From a virus (lineage: Duplodnaviria > Caudoviricetes), in IMG/VR virus record IMGVR_UViG_3300002301_000035, positions 1 to 39,136 of that record: 39,136 nt of DNA. One strand, 5' to 3'. This document shows positions 10,808 through 19,582 of this stretch, one piece after another. The notes beneath the pieces were generated by a model, which was not told the origin of the DNA, made no database searches, and saw nothing but the letters and a program-made list of their open reading frames with translations. How positions within the stretch are numbered: the first letter of the stretch is position 1; every line of letters starts with the position of its first letter. The position numbers and the translations under genes were made by a program.

Positions 10808-10905
10808 ACCATCTCTTTCACCACCTCATTTCCTGACACTGTTCTGCTTCGGAATGATGAACCCTTAGGAAACAGTAAAAACTGGGAAAGTGATGAAAGA
10901 TAGGT
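10808..10905 (-). other. Long imperfect hairpin directly after the major capsid gene
   Basis: TCTTTCATCAC pairs with GTGGTGAAAGA, TTCC with GGAA, ACTGTT with AACAGT; no U-tract. Confidence 0.55.
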
Positions 10906-10910
10906 AACTA

Positions 10911-11861
10911 CTATGCCGTTGCACTTCCAACTGCTCCGATAACTCCAACGTAGTCGATGGCCACAACCTCCTCACGGAAGTTTGCCTGATAGAGATACGT
11001 TCGGTTATTAGAATAACCCCATGGTCGGAGGAAGGTCTCGATACCCTGACGAATGATACGCTTGATACCAGTGTTCCTTGCGAGCAAGAACCATGCTGTA
11101 TCAGAGCCTCCAGTTGCGGCCGAGAGATAAGGATTCGAGAAAACCCTATATCCATAAGCTGAACGGTAGACGTTGATTGCGTTCGTCGAGACATCTCCAG
11201 CAAGAGCAGAGTCTGAAAGTTCCAAAGCGAGCTTTATGAGAGCTGGCGGAACAAGGAGAACCTGCGGTTGCTGACCCTTGACTATGCCATTCTGGTTTGG
11301 CTGAACTGCCAAAGCAACGATAGCGGCGTTGAGGGAAGTCGAGGACAGGACTGTCGAAGCTCCTGAAATCGTGTACAGGTTGTTCGAGTAGAACGCTCCA
11401 TTCAAGAGAGCATGGTTTCCAACAAGAGCAACACCATCGGCGGTGAGCGACGTTGTGAAAGCACCACGGAAAATCTTGAAGGCGTTTGCGTCCATCGAGA
11501 TGCGTGCGTTTTCCGCAAGGTCTCGAACGGTCTCGGCCCAGACCCCATGCATTTGGTCATCGAAGAGATTTTTACTCAGCTCGACGCTTTCTGCAAAATC
11601 TTTAATTTGCGTAGTAATCTTGTTTGCTACTTTCGGAGTAGAAGTCGGGACAGTCTGTGATTCCGAAATAATCGGATACAGGTTCGTGCCACGATAGACT
11701 TCTTCAATGTCGAAAGCTCTATCTGTAGTCTCCTGGCGGAAAATCATTCCGTTCTGGCAGGTCGTCATAACAGGGTTTGAATCCTGATAGTTGAACTCCT
11801 GATAGAACACGGAATCAAGCTCCGTTCGGACTATAGCTAGGTTTTGCTGTTCTGAAAAAAT
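10911..11861 (-). CDS. Major capsid protein (HK97 fold), probable ATT start
   Basis: PQVLLVPPAL, VFSNPYL, DTAWFL motifs of Mu-gpT-like MCPs; frame is open 17 codons upstream of the GTG at 11810 (ATT-FSEQQNLAIVRTELDSVFYQ), bounded by TAA at 11876-11874. Confidence 0.8.
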   Translation of the reverse strand: MFSEQQNLAIVRTELDSVFYQEFNYQDSNPVMTTCQNGMIFRQETTDRAFDIEEVYRGTNLYPIISESQTVPTSTPKVANKITTQIKDFAESVELSKNLFDDQMHGVWAETVRDLAENARISMDANAFKIFRGAFTTSLTADGVALVGNHALLNGAFYSNNLYTISGASTVLSSTSLNAAIVALAVQPNQNGIVKGQQPQVLLVPPALIKLALELSDSALAGDVSTNAINVYRSAYGYRVFSNPYLSAATGGSDTAWFLLARNTGIKRIIRQGIETFLRPWGYSNNRTYLYQANFREEVVAIDYVGVIGAVGSATA

Positions 11862-11946
11862 AATATTTGAGTCTTACTAGATATTTATTCTCTAATAAGA
11901 TTACTGATAATTAAGTTGTTAATAACGTTCTCAATTAGCGTTCTAA

Positions 11947-12537
11947 CTATGTGCGATACGAGAGCTGATTACGGAACGAGAAACGAACCTTACCTGGGAA
12001 CTTTGTGATATCCAATTCCTCAACGATAAGACCTCCTGCTGAAGCGTCTGAAGCGTTGATGTAATACGTTCCACCAAGCTGTGAAGCACCTGTGCCACCA
12101 ATACGGTTGAATGTGGTTCGATAACCGACTGTGCCGTCATAAACTTGCTGATTCGTATTACCCGCTGTTCCAGTTGCGTACGCACCGAAGAACAATGATG
12201 TAGCTTGAGTTGAAATCAAGTACGTCAAAGGTTCATCAATCGGTGTAACTGAAACCTGACCATTCTGGTTGCCGGAAGTCAGTTCATTCGATGTCGTGGC
12301 GGCTACACCGACAATCGGCTGAAATGCTATTGGGCCTGAAGCAATGACTGGGAAGTACGAAGTGGCTGTGCCAGAAGCAAGAGCTACGGCAAAACTACCC
12401 GCACCGGCGGCCTTTGTGACAGGTTCACCAGAAAGGATTTGGGGGACTACTGTAGCGGTTGCTACTTCATAATTTATATCACCAGGATAGCCTGTGCCAT
12501 TATCCTTTGAATAAATCGTTATGTCTCCTAAAGCGAT
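11947..12537 (-). CDS. Putative capsid decoration/cement protein (196 aa), probable ATC start
   Basis: Frame is open 103 codons upstream of the called TTG (ATC-ALGDITIYSKDNGTGYPG...ILSGEPV...IVGVAATTSNE); no in-frame ATG before TAG at 12549-12547; between scaffold and MCP. Confidence 0.7.
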   Translation of the reverse strand: MALGDITIYSKDNGTGYPGDINYEVATATVVPQILSGEPVTKAAGAGSFAVALASGTATSYFPVIASGPIAFQPIVGVAATTSNELTSGNQNGQVSVTPIDEPLTYLISTQATSLFFGAYATGTAGNTNQQVYDGTVGYRTTFNRIGGTGASQLGGTYYINASDASAGGLIVEELDITKFPGKVRFSFRNQLSYRT

Positions 12538-12597
12538 GTTAGTAACCTATTGGTTATGCGTTAGCGCACTTTTGCAATAGGGTATTAAGCCTAATAA

Positions 12598-13143
12598 TTA
12601 TTTAGGCATTTGATTGACCTTGTTCAGATTCTTCTTGAACTCTTCGATTTTCTTGTCATCCCAACCTCTCGCTTTTAATGAAGCTAACTGGTCGTTCGAC
12701 AATACATTATCTACTTTTCCTTCAGGTCGTTCTTGGTTAGAACCTTGACCACTAGAAGTGTTTATCTGACCTCGGTTTTTCAATGCCAAGGTTAGCTCTT
12801 TGTTTTTCTTTGCTAGACTCAAAACGAGAGCATCCTTTTCGGACTGGACTTGTGCCTCACGGGTTTGGAGAAGTCTCTCCTGAACCTTTCGGTCAATCTT
12901 TGCATCCAAATCCTCTTCAGAAGAGTTGTCATCCTCTTCAGGTAGCTTTCCTTTAGCCTTCAACATTCCCTTTCGGTAGTTGTCTTTTTCTTCTCGGACT
13001 TTCGCTATTTCAGCGTCTTTCTTTTGAAGTTCGGCCTCGTAATCTACCTCTGGTTGAGTTTGAGAAGGAGTTTCAACCTTGGTCTCCTGTGGAGTAGCAG
13101 CAACTTCCACTTTTGTTTCAACTGCTGGCTTTGTTTCTGACAT
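12598..13143 (-). CDS. Capsid scaffolding protein
   Basis: Acidic/charged coiled-coil with C-terminal helix, upstream of MCP; ATG 13143 has an A-rich leader, while upstream ATGs sit in hairpins. Confidence 0.7.
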   Translation of the reverse strand: MSETKPAVETKVEVAATPQETKVETPSQTQPEVDYEAELQKKDAEIAKVREEKDNYRKGMLKAKGKLPEEDDNSSEEDLDAKIDRKVQERLLQTREAQVQSEKDALVLSLAKKNKELTLALKNRGQINTSSGQGSNQERPEGKVDNVLSNDQLASLKARGWDDKKIEEFKKNLNKVNQMPK

Positions 13144-13318
13144 GTGTTTTTTAATAGCCTTTACTTCTTGCGAAGAGGGCATTTCGGCTACGCCCATATA
13201 ACTAAAGAAGCACTCATTCTGTGAGTGCTCCTGTGGATTACCTAAGCCAGAACGCTAATTAAGACTTAGGTACTCCGCGGGGGTACCCAAAGTTTAGCGT
13301 TCTTAACTTGTTAAATAG
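13144..13318 (-). ncRNA. Structured 5' leader of the scaffold-capsid operon
   Basis: AGAACGCTAA/TTAGCGTTCT, GGGTAC/GTACCT, TACCTAAG/CTTAGGTA, AGCACTCA/TGAGTGCT and GGGCGT/ATGCCC stems. Confidence 0.5.
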
Positions 13319-13669
13319 CTACTTTTTTTCCTTACTTCTTATAATTTTAACAATAGATGCCAGAATGTCAAGTTCATATAACATTGTCTTACAAGTTTTC
13401 AAGTCTTCAAACGAAGTAGACTTGTTAAAACCCTTGTCCATTGCTTCATTCCTAATTGTCTCCTGAAAAATTGTCCATATCCTTAAACTATCAAACACTT
13501 TTGCTTCTGCAATAAGACTTCGTAATTCAGTTTCTTCAACTTCCTTTCCACCGATAAATAGTTTTCCTTTCTCATGAGTAATTATATCATTTGCATTAAC
13601 AGAACACAACAGATAACTAGTCAATCTGTTGATAACCCTCCATTTTATGTTATTTGCCCATGATTTCAT
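13319..13669 (-). CDS. Hypothetical head-module protein
   Basis: 116 aa ORF overlapping upstream gene between portal and scaffold. Confidence 0.7.
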   Translation of the reverse strand: MKSWANNIKWRVINRLTSYLLCSVNANDIITHEKGKLFIGGKEVEETELRSLIAEAKVFDSLRIWTIFQETIRNEAMDKGFNKSTSFEDLKTCKTMLYELDILASIVKIIRSKEKK

Positions 13670-14111
13670 GTAATGGAATTGTATCTATAGAATCCTTACC
13701 ACGACTTTTAAGAATATAACCATCAATGTACCTTGATAGTTCAACAGCATAGGTAAAATCCTGTATGCTTATATCTTTTAACATTTCTATCAGCTTGAAA
13801 TATCTATCATACTCAATCTTTTGCTTCTCTTCACGAACATTGAAAATCTCCCCGATTCTTTCAACCAAACGTGGAGTTATAGAACCGACAGTAGTTTTCT
13901 TTCGTTCCTCATCAAAGGTGGTATTTATCAAACCGCCTATAGCTTGTAGAAATATCTTACTATACTCGATTGTTTCTTTGGTGCTAACTAGATAAGGGAA
14001 TACCAAATCTTTAATTAAGGAACGGCGGCGTTCTGCATCTTGAACGAGTTGGATATCGCTGACGATTTCTTTCTTGACCTTATTCTTTCTTGGTTTCTTG
14101 AAATTAGGCAT
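13650..14111 (-). CDS. Hypothetical head-module protein
   Basis: 153 aa ORF overlapping both neighbours. Confidence 0.7.
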   Translation of the reverse strand: MPNFKKPRKNKVKKEIVSDIQLVQDAERRRSLIKDLVFPYLVSTKETIEYSKIFLQAIGGLINTTFDEERKKTTVGSITPRLVERIGEIFNVREEKQKIEYDRYFKLIEMLKDISIQDFTYAVELSRYIDGYILKSRGKDSIDTIPLHEIMGK

Positions 14112-14478
14112 TTTTCTTTGAAGGTCTCCCTCTTTTCTTTGGTGTGACTACTACCTGTGGAGGATAAATTACTGGTGGATTAGAAATAACTGTTGGTGTA
14201 ACTACTACAGGAATTGTTTTAGGAGAAAGTTCTTCTTTTACTTTTTCAATAACCTTATCAAACAGTTTATAAAAATCTGTAGAAGTTTCGTTAAGATATG
14301 TTTGCATCTTTTCTACAGTAAGATGTTTGAAGTCTTCATTGGTCGTTCCGTCTGTTTCTATTTTTCCATCATTGACCACTGTATTAGACGAACGTGGAAT
14401 CTTAAAGATACTACGAATACTATATCTCACCTCATCAGACAGTGAGAGCCATGTGTGAATTGAAATTATTGGTTGCAT
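14104..14478 (-). CDS. Hypothetical protein with C-terminal AT-hook-like motif
   Basis: Ends in PKKRGRPSKK. Confidence 0.7.
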   Translation of the reverse strand: MQPIISIHTWLSLSDEVRYSIRSIFKIPRSSNTVVNDGKIETDGTTNEDFKHLTVEKMQTYLNETSTDFYKLFDKVIEKVKEELSPKTIPVVVTPTVISNPPVIYPPQVVVTPKKRGRPSKKNA

Positions 14479-14522
14479 GCGTTCTTTTAATTAGCGTTTA
14501 ATAAAACTTACTATATCACAAA

Positions 14523-14654
14523 CTACTGCTCTAAGCCACCCCTTGTATCATCTGGCACAAGTTTTCCATCCTTTACTTGAGTGGGAACTACTTTGGTGGT
14601 CAATACTCCATTCTTTGTGGTAGTAATTGTCCCCTGTTCTTGTGTCTTTGCCAT
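14523..14654 (-). CDS. Small hypothetical protein (43 aa)
   Basis: MAKTQEQGTITTTKNGVLTTKVVPTQVKDGKLVPDDTRGGLEQ; starts just after stop of 14659..14862; below ORF-track cutoff. Confidence 0.55.
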   Translation of the reverse strand: MAKTQEQGTITTTKNGVLTTKVVPTQVKDGKLVPDDTRGGLEQ

Positions 14655-14658
14655 ATAA

Positions 14659-14862
14659 TTATGAGTTAGAATCCTGAATAAAGTTTGCTCCATAACCCTC
14701 TGTTGGAGTGCCTGCGGTAAAAACTCCAGGATTTGAGTTTCTAAAGTTTATCTTCAATACACCATCTTGAACGATTGGTTCTGATACATAACTGATTGCA
14801 ACAGGAGCAGTCGCATTGTTTTGGTTCTGCATCGCTGTCGTAATTGTCTTACTTAAAGCCAT
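14659..14862 (-). CDS. Small hypothetical (possibly virion) protein
   Basis: 67 aa ORF after portal, AT-rich leader. Confidence 0.65.
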   Translation of the reverse strand: MALSKTITTAMQNQNNATAPVAISYVSEPIVQDGVLKINFRNSNPGVFTAGTPTEGYGANFIQDSNS

Positions 14863-14900
14863 TGTATTGTTTAGTTATTTAATAATAATATAATTATACG

Positions 14901-16985
14901 CTATCTCATGCCTTGTGGCAATGGCATTTTACTCATAGCCGCCAAAGGAGATGCTTGAGAAGGCATATTCTGACCTGGAAGCTGATTCGGTGGCTGTTGA
15001 TAATTGGGTTGTTGTCCATTCTGCTGTCCACCTTGCCCTTGCTGTTGTTGTTGAGGGGGAGCGACATAAACCTCTGGTTGTTTTATATCCTTATATGCTC
15101 CAAGAAGAAAGTCTTTGAAGACCTTATCTTGGTCAGCACGAGGATTTTGGATAGCCCTATCATACAATTCCAATTTCATAACTCTCTCAAGGTCGTCAGA
15201 ACGTGGGTGCATAACATCTGGAGTGACCACTATTTGGTAACAAAGGTCTCGGAATAGTCCTGGATTTACCCTTGCTATTTCCATACCCAATTGATTCTCC
15301 CTCATCTTAATCTTATTGCTGTGAGTAAGCATCTCATCTTGCGTCATTGAATCTGGTATATCGTTGGTAAACTCTATTTTCTTGGATTGTGTTCCTGAAG
15401 AACCTTTGACTAGGAATGTCTTATAAATCAATTCAGGGTCGTCGCTGATTTTATCAGTATCTAATATTGTTAGATATTGAAGGATATCACCAACTCTCAA
15501 TCGACCATACTGCCTGACATACGAGCCAATCATCTGTATGAACAAACCAAGAACTGTATTGGCATTCTGTTCAAGTCGGGATATTTCATAGGCACTTGTA
15601 TCAATACCAGGGGTTTGACCATTCAAAACTGGTTGCTCTGAAGATTCTGAAACAGATGATTCAACCTTAATAAGCGTATCCATTCCAGCTTTAATGTTTC
15701 CTGCTACTTCAATAGGTTGAAGTTTTGAGTTAGGGTCTGAAAGTTGTGTAACTCCACCAGGAATAATAACATCAGAACCTATTGTCTCTGAACCGAAGTT
15801 CACCATAGGCTGGAATATATTGAGATATGTTCCATCTATAATCATCGGATAGAGAGTATTCACAATGTTGGCATCGGACTGCATTTTGAAAGCCAGAGAC
15901 TTTCCATAGAAACACCGACCTTCATCGAGATTCTCATAAAAGAACTTAACAAATGGGTAGAGCTTATCAGTACGAGGATTGGGATTATCACATGTAGTCA
16001 AAAGAACACCATTTACCATGATAAGTTTCAAATCCATCTTCTTGTTCCAATAAATTACTTCCTCACATGATTCAGTTCTCATATTTGAATCATAGACTTC
16101 ATAAAAAGTCTGATTGAGGTCGTTGTAGATTATCTGTACACCAGGTTTAACGTACTTCCAGTTTTCATAATGTCCATATTTTACAGACATCTGGTCATAT
16201 CCATAGACACGCCTCCAAATCAACCACCCTTGTTTTTGAATACTATTTTCATAGAAATTTTCTATATAAAGCTCATCAACTGGAACGGGAGTATCCTTAA
16301 AACCTGACAGGTCTTCATCAAGCATCTTATCTACAATCCACTTACCATCATCACCCTGTTCTTTCTTAACATTTCGGTAAACTTCTCCATATTCTGTGTA
16401 ATAAATTGAAGCGGGATTAAACAAGGCCGCCATAACAGCGTTTAGAGATGTTTCAGAGTATTTAGATTGGTCAGCAGACCATTCAATCAAATCCCTCATA
16501 ACTCTCGCCGCATCTTCTTGAACTTCCGACTGACCGTTATATGAGAAAACCTTGGGGAATATGAGTTGTGCAGTTGCATGAGCCGCAATACTTATGCACT
16601 TATTTCTCACGATAGGACGGATAGCATTACTTCTCCAACCATTTATAACATCTTGTTCAGGCACTTCTCCATTGTTTGGCTGATAAGTGTTAAAAGACAT
16701 TTGGTCTACTGTCATTCGACCAATAACTGACAAATCATTAAACTCCCTACGAGGGGTATACATTGTAAGATATCCTAGGGAGAACTGCCGTATAATCATC
16801 GCACGAATTTCCTTTTCCTCTGGTGTTGGTTGATATTCAGATTGATTGGCTTTCTTTGCTTCTTCTGGTGTCAAGCGTAAATCACACCATTCTCCGTTTC
16901 CAATATGTTCAAGCCATTTTGCTTTTGCTGTTGGTTCTGATGGTGCTTTAGCTTTTAGTTCAGAGGTGCGTCTTATTATACCCAT
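14901..16985 (-). CDS. Portal protein (P22-like, with Gln-rich C-terminal tail)
   Basis: 694 aa; YPFVKF...CFYGKSL and TSAYEISRLEQNA motifs typical of P22-type portals; head module position. Confidence 0.8.
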   Translation of the reverse strand: MGIIRRTSELKAKAPSEPTAKAKWLEHIGNGEWCDLRLTPEEAKKANQSEYQPTPEEKEIRAMIIRQFSLGYLTMYTPRREFNDLSVIGRMTVDQMSFNTYQPNNGEVPEQDVINGWRSNAIRPIVRNKCISIAAHATAQLIFPKVFSYNGQSEVQEDAARVMRDLIEWSADQSKYSETSLNAVMAALFNPASIYYTEYGEVYRNVKKEQGDDGKWIVDKMLDEDLSGFKDTPVPVDELYIENFYENSIQKQGWLIWRRVYGYDQMSVKYGHYENWKYVKPGVQIIYNDLNQTFYEVYDSNMRTESCEEVIYWNKKMDLKLIMVNGVLLTTCDNPNPRTDKLYPFVKFFYENLDEGRCFYGKSLAFKMQSDANIVNTLYPMIIDGTYLNIFQPMVNFGSETIGSDVIIPGGVTQLSDPNSKLQPIEVAGNIKAGMDTLIKVESSVSESSEQPVLNGQTPGIDTSAYEISRLEQNANTVLGLFIQMIGSYVRQYGRLRVGDILQYLTILDTDKISDDPELIYKTFLVKGSSGTQSKKIEFTNDIPDSMTQDEMLTHSNKIKMRENQLGMEIARVNPGLFRDLCYQIVVTPDVMHPRSDDLERVMKLELYDRAIQNPRADQDKVFKDFLLGAYKDIKQPEVYVAPPQQQQQGQGGQQNGQQPNYQQPPNQLPGQNMPSQASPLAAMSKMPLPQGMR

Positions 16986-16997
16986 TAAAATAATTCA

Positions 16998-17057
16998 TAG
17001 CGTTCTGGGTTAGTTATTAGTGAATAAATTATATCACGATATCCTTATATAGTTCAA
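16998..17057 (-). promoter_or_regulatory. Portal promoter TTGAAC-18-TATAAT (extended -10) plus GAACGCTA leader motif
   Basis: TGATATAAT at 17036-17028 overlaps the transketolase stop; GAACGCTA at 17005-16998. Confidence 0.6.
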
Positions 17058-17501
17058 GCCCTCGTAATTATCCTTCAAAATCGTATCTAATTCTTGCGGA
17101 GTTTTCGGTTCAAAAGTTTTCATCCCAATTATATCATTCATGTGCGAAATAGCATAAGGACATTGATGTGTATAGCCTAAATTCGGTGCAGTTTTTGATA
17201 CATCAACTCCCACAATAGTTCCTTTCAATTCCTGATATCCAAAATCGTCTTTAATCTGCTCAAAAGCCCTGTCGACAAGGAAAGGTTCAATGGTATGGAC
17301 GATAGGAATAAATCCTGCCATAGCGAGTCCTGCGGCCATACCTACCATCGACTGTTCACATATTCCTATGTTGTAGCAACGAGTAGGATACTTAGCAAAT
17401 ACATCTTTGAAAGCAAACACGCCAATATCTCCGAGCAATACGACAACTCGTTCGTCTTTATCCATTATTTCTAGTACACTTTTTGGAAACATTTTTCTCA
17501 T
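17034..17501 (-). CDS. Transketolase pyrimidine-binding subunit (lacks C-terminal domain)
   Basis: NIGICEQSMVGMAAGLAMAG, RAFEQIK and GYTHQ motifs; only 155 aa. Confidence 0.9.
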   Translation of the reverse strand: MRKMFPKSVLEIMDKDERVVVLLGDIGVFAFKDVFAKYPTRCYNIGICEQSMVGMAAGLAMAGFIPIVHTIEPFLVDRAFEQIKDDFGYQELKGTIVGVDVSKTAPNLGYTHQCPYAISHMNDIIGMKTFEPKTPQELDTILKDNYEGLNYIRIS

Positions 17502-18199
17502 TGGAGTTGTTTTAAAGCTAACTCATATTCTTCTTTAGTTAGTTTACGATTATGCCAACTATTCTCTTGCATGAAAGGTACGCCGTTGCCTTTAACCGTC
17601 TCGCATACCCACACGATAGGTCTTACTGTATCAATAATTTCAAAAGCCGTTTTCAATCCTGCAATGATATGTCCGTATATTTCATGCGCTTTCCACCCGA
17701 ACATTTCAAACTTTTTATCAAGGCTTATCATTTCTAAAGCACGGTCGCTAGACTTATTTTGGTCTATAATCAAAGTCAGATTATCTAATTTATGATGTGA
17801 GGCGATCAACGCGCTTTCCCATGTCGTCCCTTCGTTCGCCTCGCCGTCACCTATGAGACAAAATACCCTTCCAGCCTCACCTTTTATCTTTTTGGCCATT
17901 GCTAGACCTATAGCCATAGGCAATCCATGTCCTAATGACCCTGTAGAGGCTAGAATTGCCCCACCACGCTTCGGATGTCCTTGAAGTGGCTTCGACCAAT
18001 CTAATAGTCCTTTAGCCTCAAGGACAGCGTATAAAGCCATACAACCATGTCCTTTAGAAAGGATGAACTGGTCGTCTTTGGTCATAACTTTGTCATAAAG
18101 CGTCCAAACAATATCGAGGATGGAAAGAGCCGAAGGAATATGACCCATGCCATCTCTATATGCAATTTCAAGTATTCTTTTAATCAGTATTTTGTTCAT
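17498..18199 (-). CDS. Transketolase N-terminal ThDP-binding subunit
   Basis: GHIPSALS, FILSKGH, GHP, STGSLGHG, GDGEANEG...N and TVKGNG motifs; start refined to ATG 18199. Confidence 0.92.
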   Translation of the reverse strand: MNKILIKRILEIAYRDGMGHIPSALSILDIVWTLYDKVMTKDDQFILSKGHGCMALYAVLEAKGLLDWSKPLQGHPKRGGAILASTGSLGHGLPMAIGLAMAKKIKGEAGRVFCLIGDGEANEGTTWESALIASHHKLDNLTLIIDQNKSSDRALEMISLDKKFEMFGWKAHEIYGHIIAGLKTAFEIIDTVRPIVWVCETVKGNGVPFMQENSWHNRKLTKEEYELALKQLQ

Positions 18200-18365
18200 T
18201 TGGTTTTGCATTCCAACCTTCAGATATTTTTTTTAAATTAGTAGATTTACACTTTGGACATTCTATTGGCCATTCAGCTACTTGAGTCATACCAACAATA
18301 CCAAAAGCAACATTCATTTCTTTTCCACATTCGACACATTTTATTGTTGATTGAATGAAACTCAT
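18180..18365 (-). CDS. Small zinc-ribbon protein
   Basis: CVEC...CPKC; ATG at 18365 overlaps upstream TGA (ATGA). Confidence 0.6.
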   Translation of the reverse strand: MSFIQSTIKCVECGKEMNVAFGIVGMTQVAEWPIECPKCKSTNLKKISEGWNAKPNEQNTD

Positions 18366-18451
18366 TTGGATATGAAATACAAACAAGTGAATATCCATAT
18401 TGATATGGTTGGTCCAAAAATCCATTCTGGTATATCTATATCATATTTCAT
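18362..18451 (-). CDS. 29-aa hydrophobic mini-protein
   Basis: MKYDIDIPEWIFGPTISIWIFTCLYFISK; ATGA overlaps with genes on both sides. Confidence 0.5.
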   Translation of the reverse strand: MKYDIDIPEWIFGPTISIWIFTCLYFISK

Positions 18452-19242
18452 ATTGGTTTCCAACATATAATTGAGTACCCATCTATAAACAAACTTCCTA
18501 TTCCACTTCTTCGTTTTTCTAGTATCTCTATTTTACCATCTTTTTCAAGTTTTTCAAGATAGTCGAGATATCCGTCAAGGTATTTTCTCTTGTGCATATA
18601 CTTTATTGAAAGATAGTCAAGAAGTTTTCGTGAGTCAAGAAGCTCTGGGATAGGTTCGATATGAACGACAACTTTTGGTTTCTGTTTCAATAAGTATTTT
18701 ACAAATGGTTTGAAGTTCTTACCAACCTGTTCAAGCGAAGCAACCGTAAGAATACCTGCGTCCTTACATCCAAAGCTATAATCTGGCTCAAAGAAATCAA
18801 ATACACTTCCCTTAAAACCCATTGCTTTGACAAAATCAACACCCGATTTAGTCCAATCAAGACCACATAAAATAGCATCAGGATTGGCGACTTTCAAATA
18901 ATCCCTTATGACCACCAAGTTATGTCCTATTCCACATCCAAACTCAAATATATAATTAAGATTAGAAAAGTATTTTTTTGTAAGTTCATAAACAAGATGA
19001 TGCAACTGTTCAATCTCCCAATTCTTATCAACTTTGATAAGTCTTCCATTCAATCTGCAAACAGGATATTTTCCAAAATACTTCGGCACTCCATTTCCTG
19101 ATTCAAGATTCTCTCTCCAACCTTTTTCCCACTGCTGTTTTCTGTGTTTGCCAGAATAGGGAATGGAATCATCTAATAAGACTTCAAGAATATGAATGAT
19201 AGCCGCTTCGGTTTCTTTTTTATTGAGATATCGGTATTTCAT
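18448..19242 (-). CDS. Class I SAM-dependent methyltransferase (sugar-cluster type)
   Basis: IFEFGCGIGHN motif I, GLDW, TVASLEQ; probable start MKYRYL at 19242. Confidence 0.8.
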   Translation of the reverse strand: MKYRYLNKKETEAAIIHILEVLLDDSIPYSGKHRKQQWEKGWRENLESGNGVPKYFGKYPVCRLNGRLIKVDKNWEIEQLHHLVYELTKKYFSNLNYIFEFGCGIGHNLVVIRDYLKVANPDAILCGLDWTKSGVDFVKAMGFKGSVFDFFEPDYSFGCKDAGILTVASLEQVGKNFKPFVKYLLKQKPKVVVHIEPIPELLDSRKLLDYLSIKYMHKRKYLDGYLDYLEKLEKDGKIEILEKRRSGIGSLFIDGYSIICWKPI

Positions 19243-19582
19243 CTTTTTCATCATAAGGTTCACTGCACGCTTCAAGCATTATCGTTCCTGCTAGTAATGT
19301 AAATGTATGTATAATTTCTCTTGGAACGAATATACAATCACCTTCAAATATCCACCCTATAAGTTTTCGAGAACGAGGTTCAATTGATTGTAGCATATAT
19401 TTTCCACGGCCTTTGAGAATATAAAACACACTATCGTTGTTCATGTGGTAATGATTTCCAACTATGCTCTTTTGTTTCATTTCCAAAACCTTACAACGCT
19501 TAAAAGGAATGTCCTTAATCCATTCTGTAAGAACTCTTCGTTCGTCTTCATGTTTGGTTATTGGTAGTCCCATTGGTATCAT
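19220..19582 (-). CDS. Cupin-fold sugar epimerase/isomerase (WxcM/FdtA-like)
   Basis: HEDERR, GNHYH...FYILKG and PREIIHTF cupin motifs. Confidence 0.75.
   Translation of the reverse strand: MIPMGLPITKHEDERRVLTEWIKDIPFKRCKVLEMKQKSIVGNHYHMNNDSVFYILKGRGKYMLQSIEPRSRKLIGWIFEGDCIFVPREIIHTFTLLAGTIMLEACSEPYDEKDEIPISQ

Noticed and set aside
11862-12600. Stop-codon recoding (TAG or TGA) as explanation for missing ATG starts
   Set aside because: The MCP frame is closed by TAA; TAG and TGA end many genes cleanly and long ORFs are intact under code 11
12538-12600. Scaffold-decoration readthrough fusion (the two genes are in frame)
   Set aside because: Would require reading through both TAA and TAG; in-frame arrangement has a one-in-three chance
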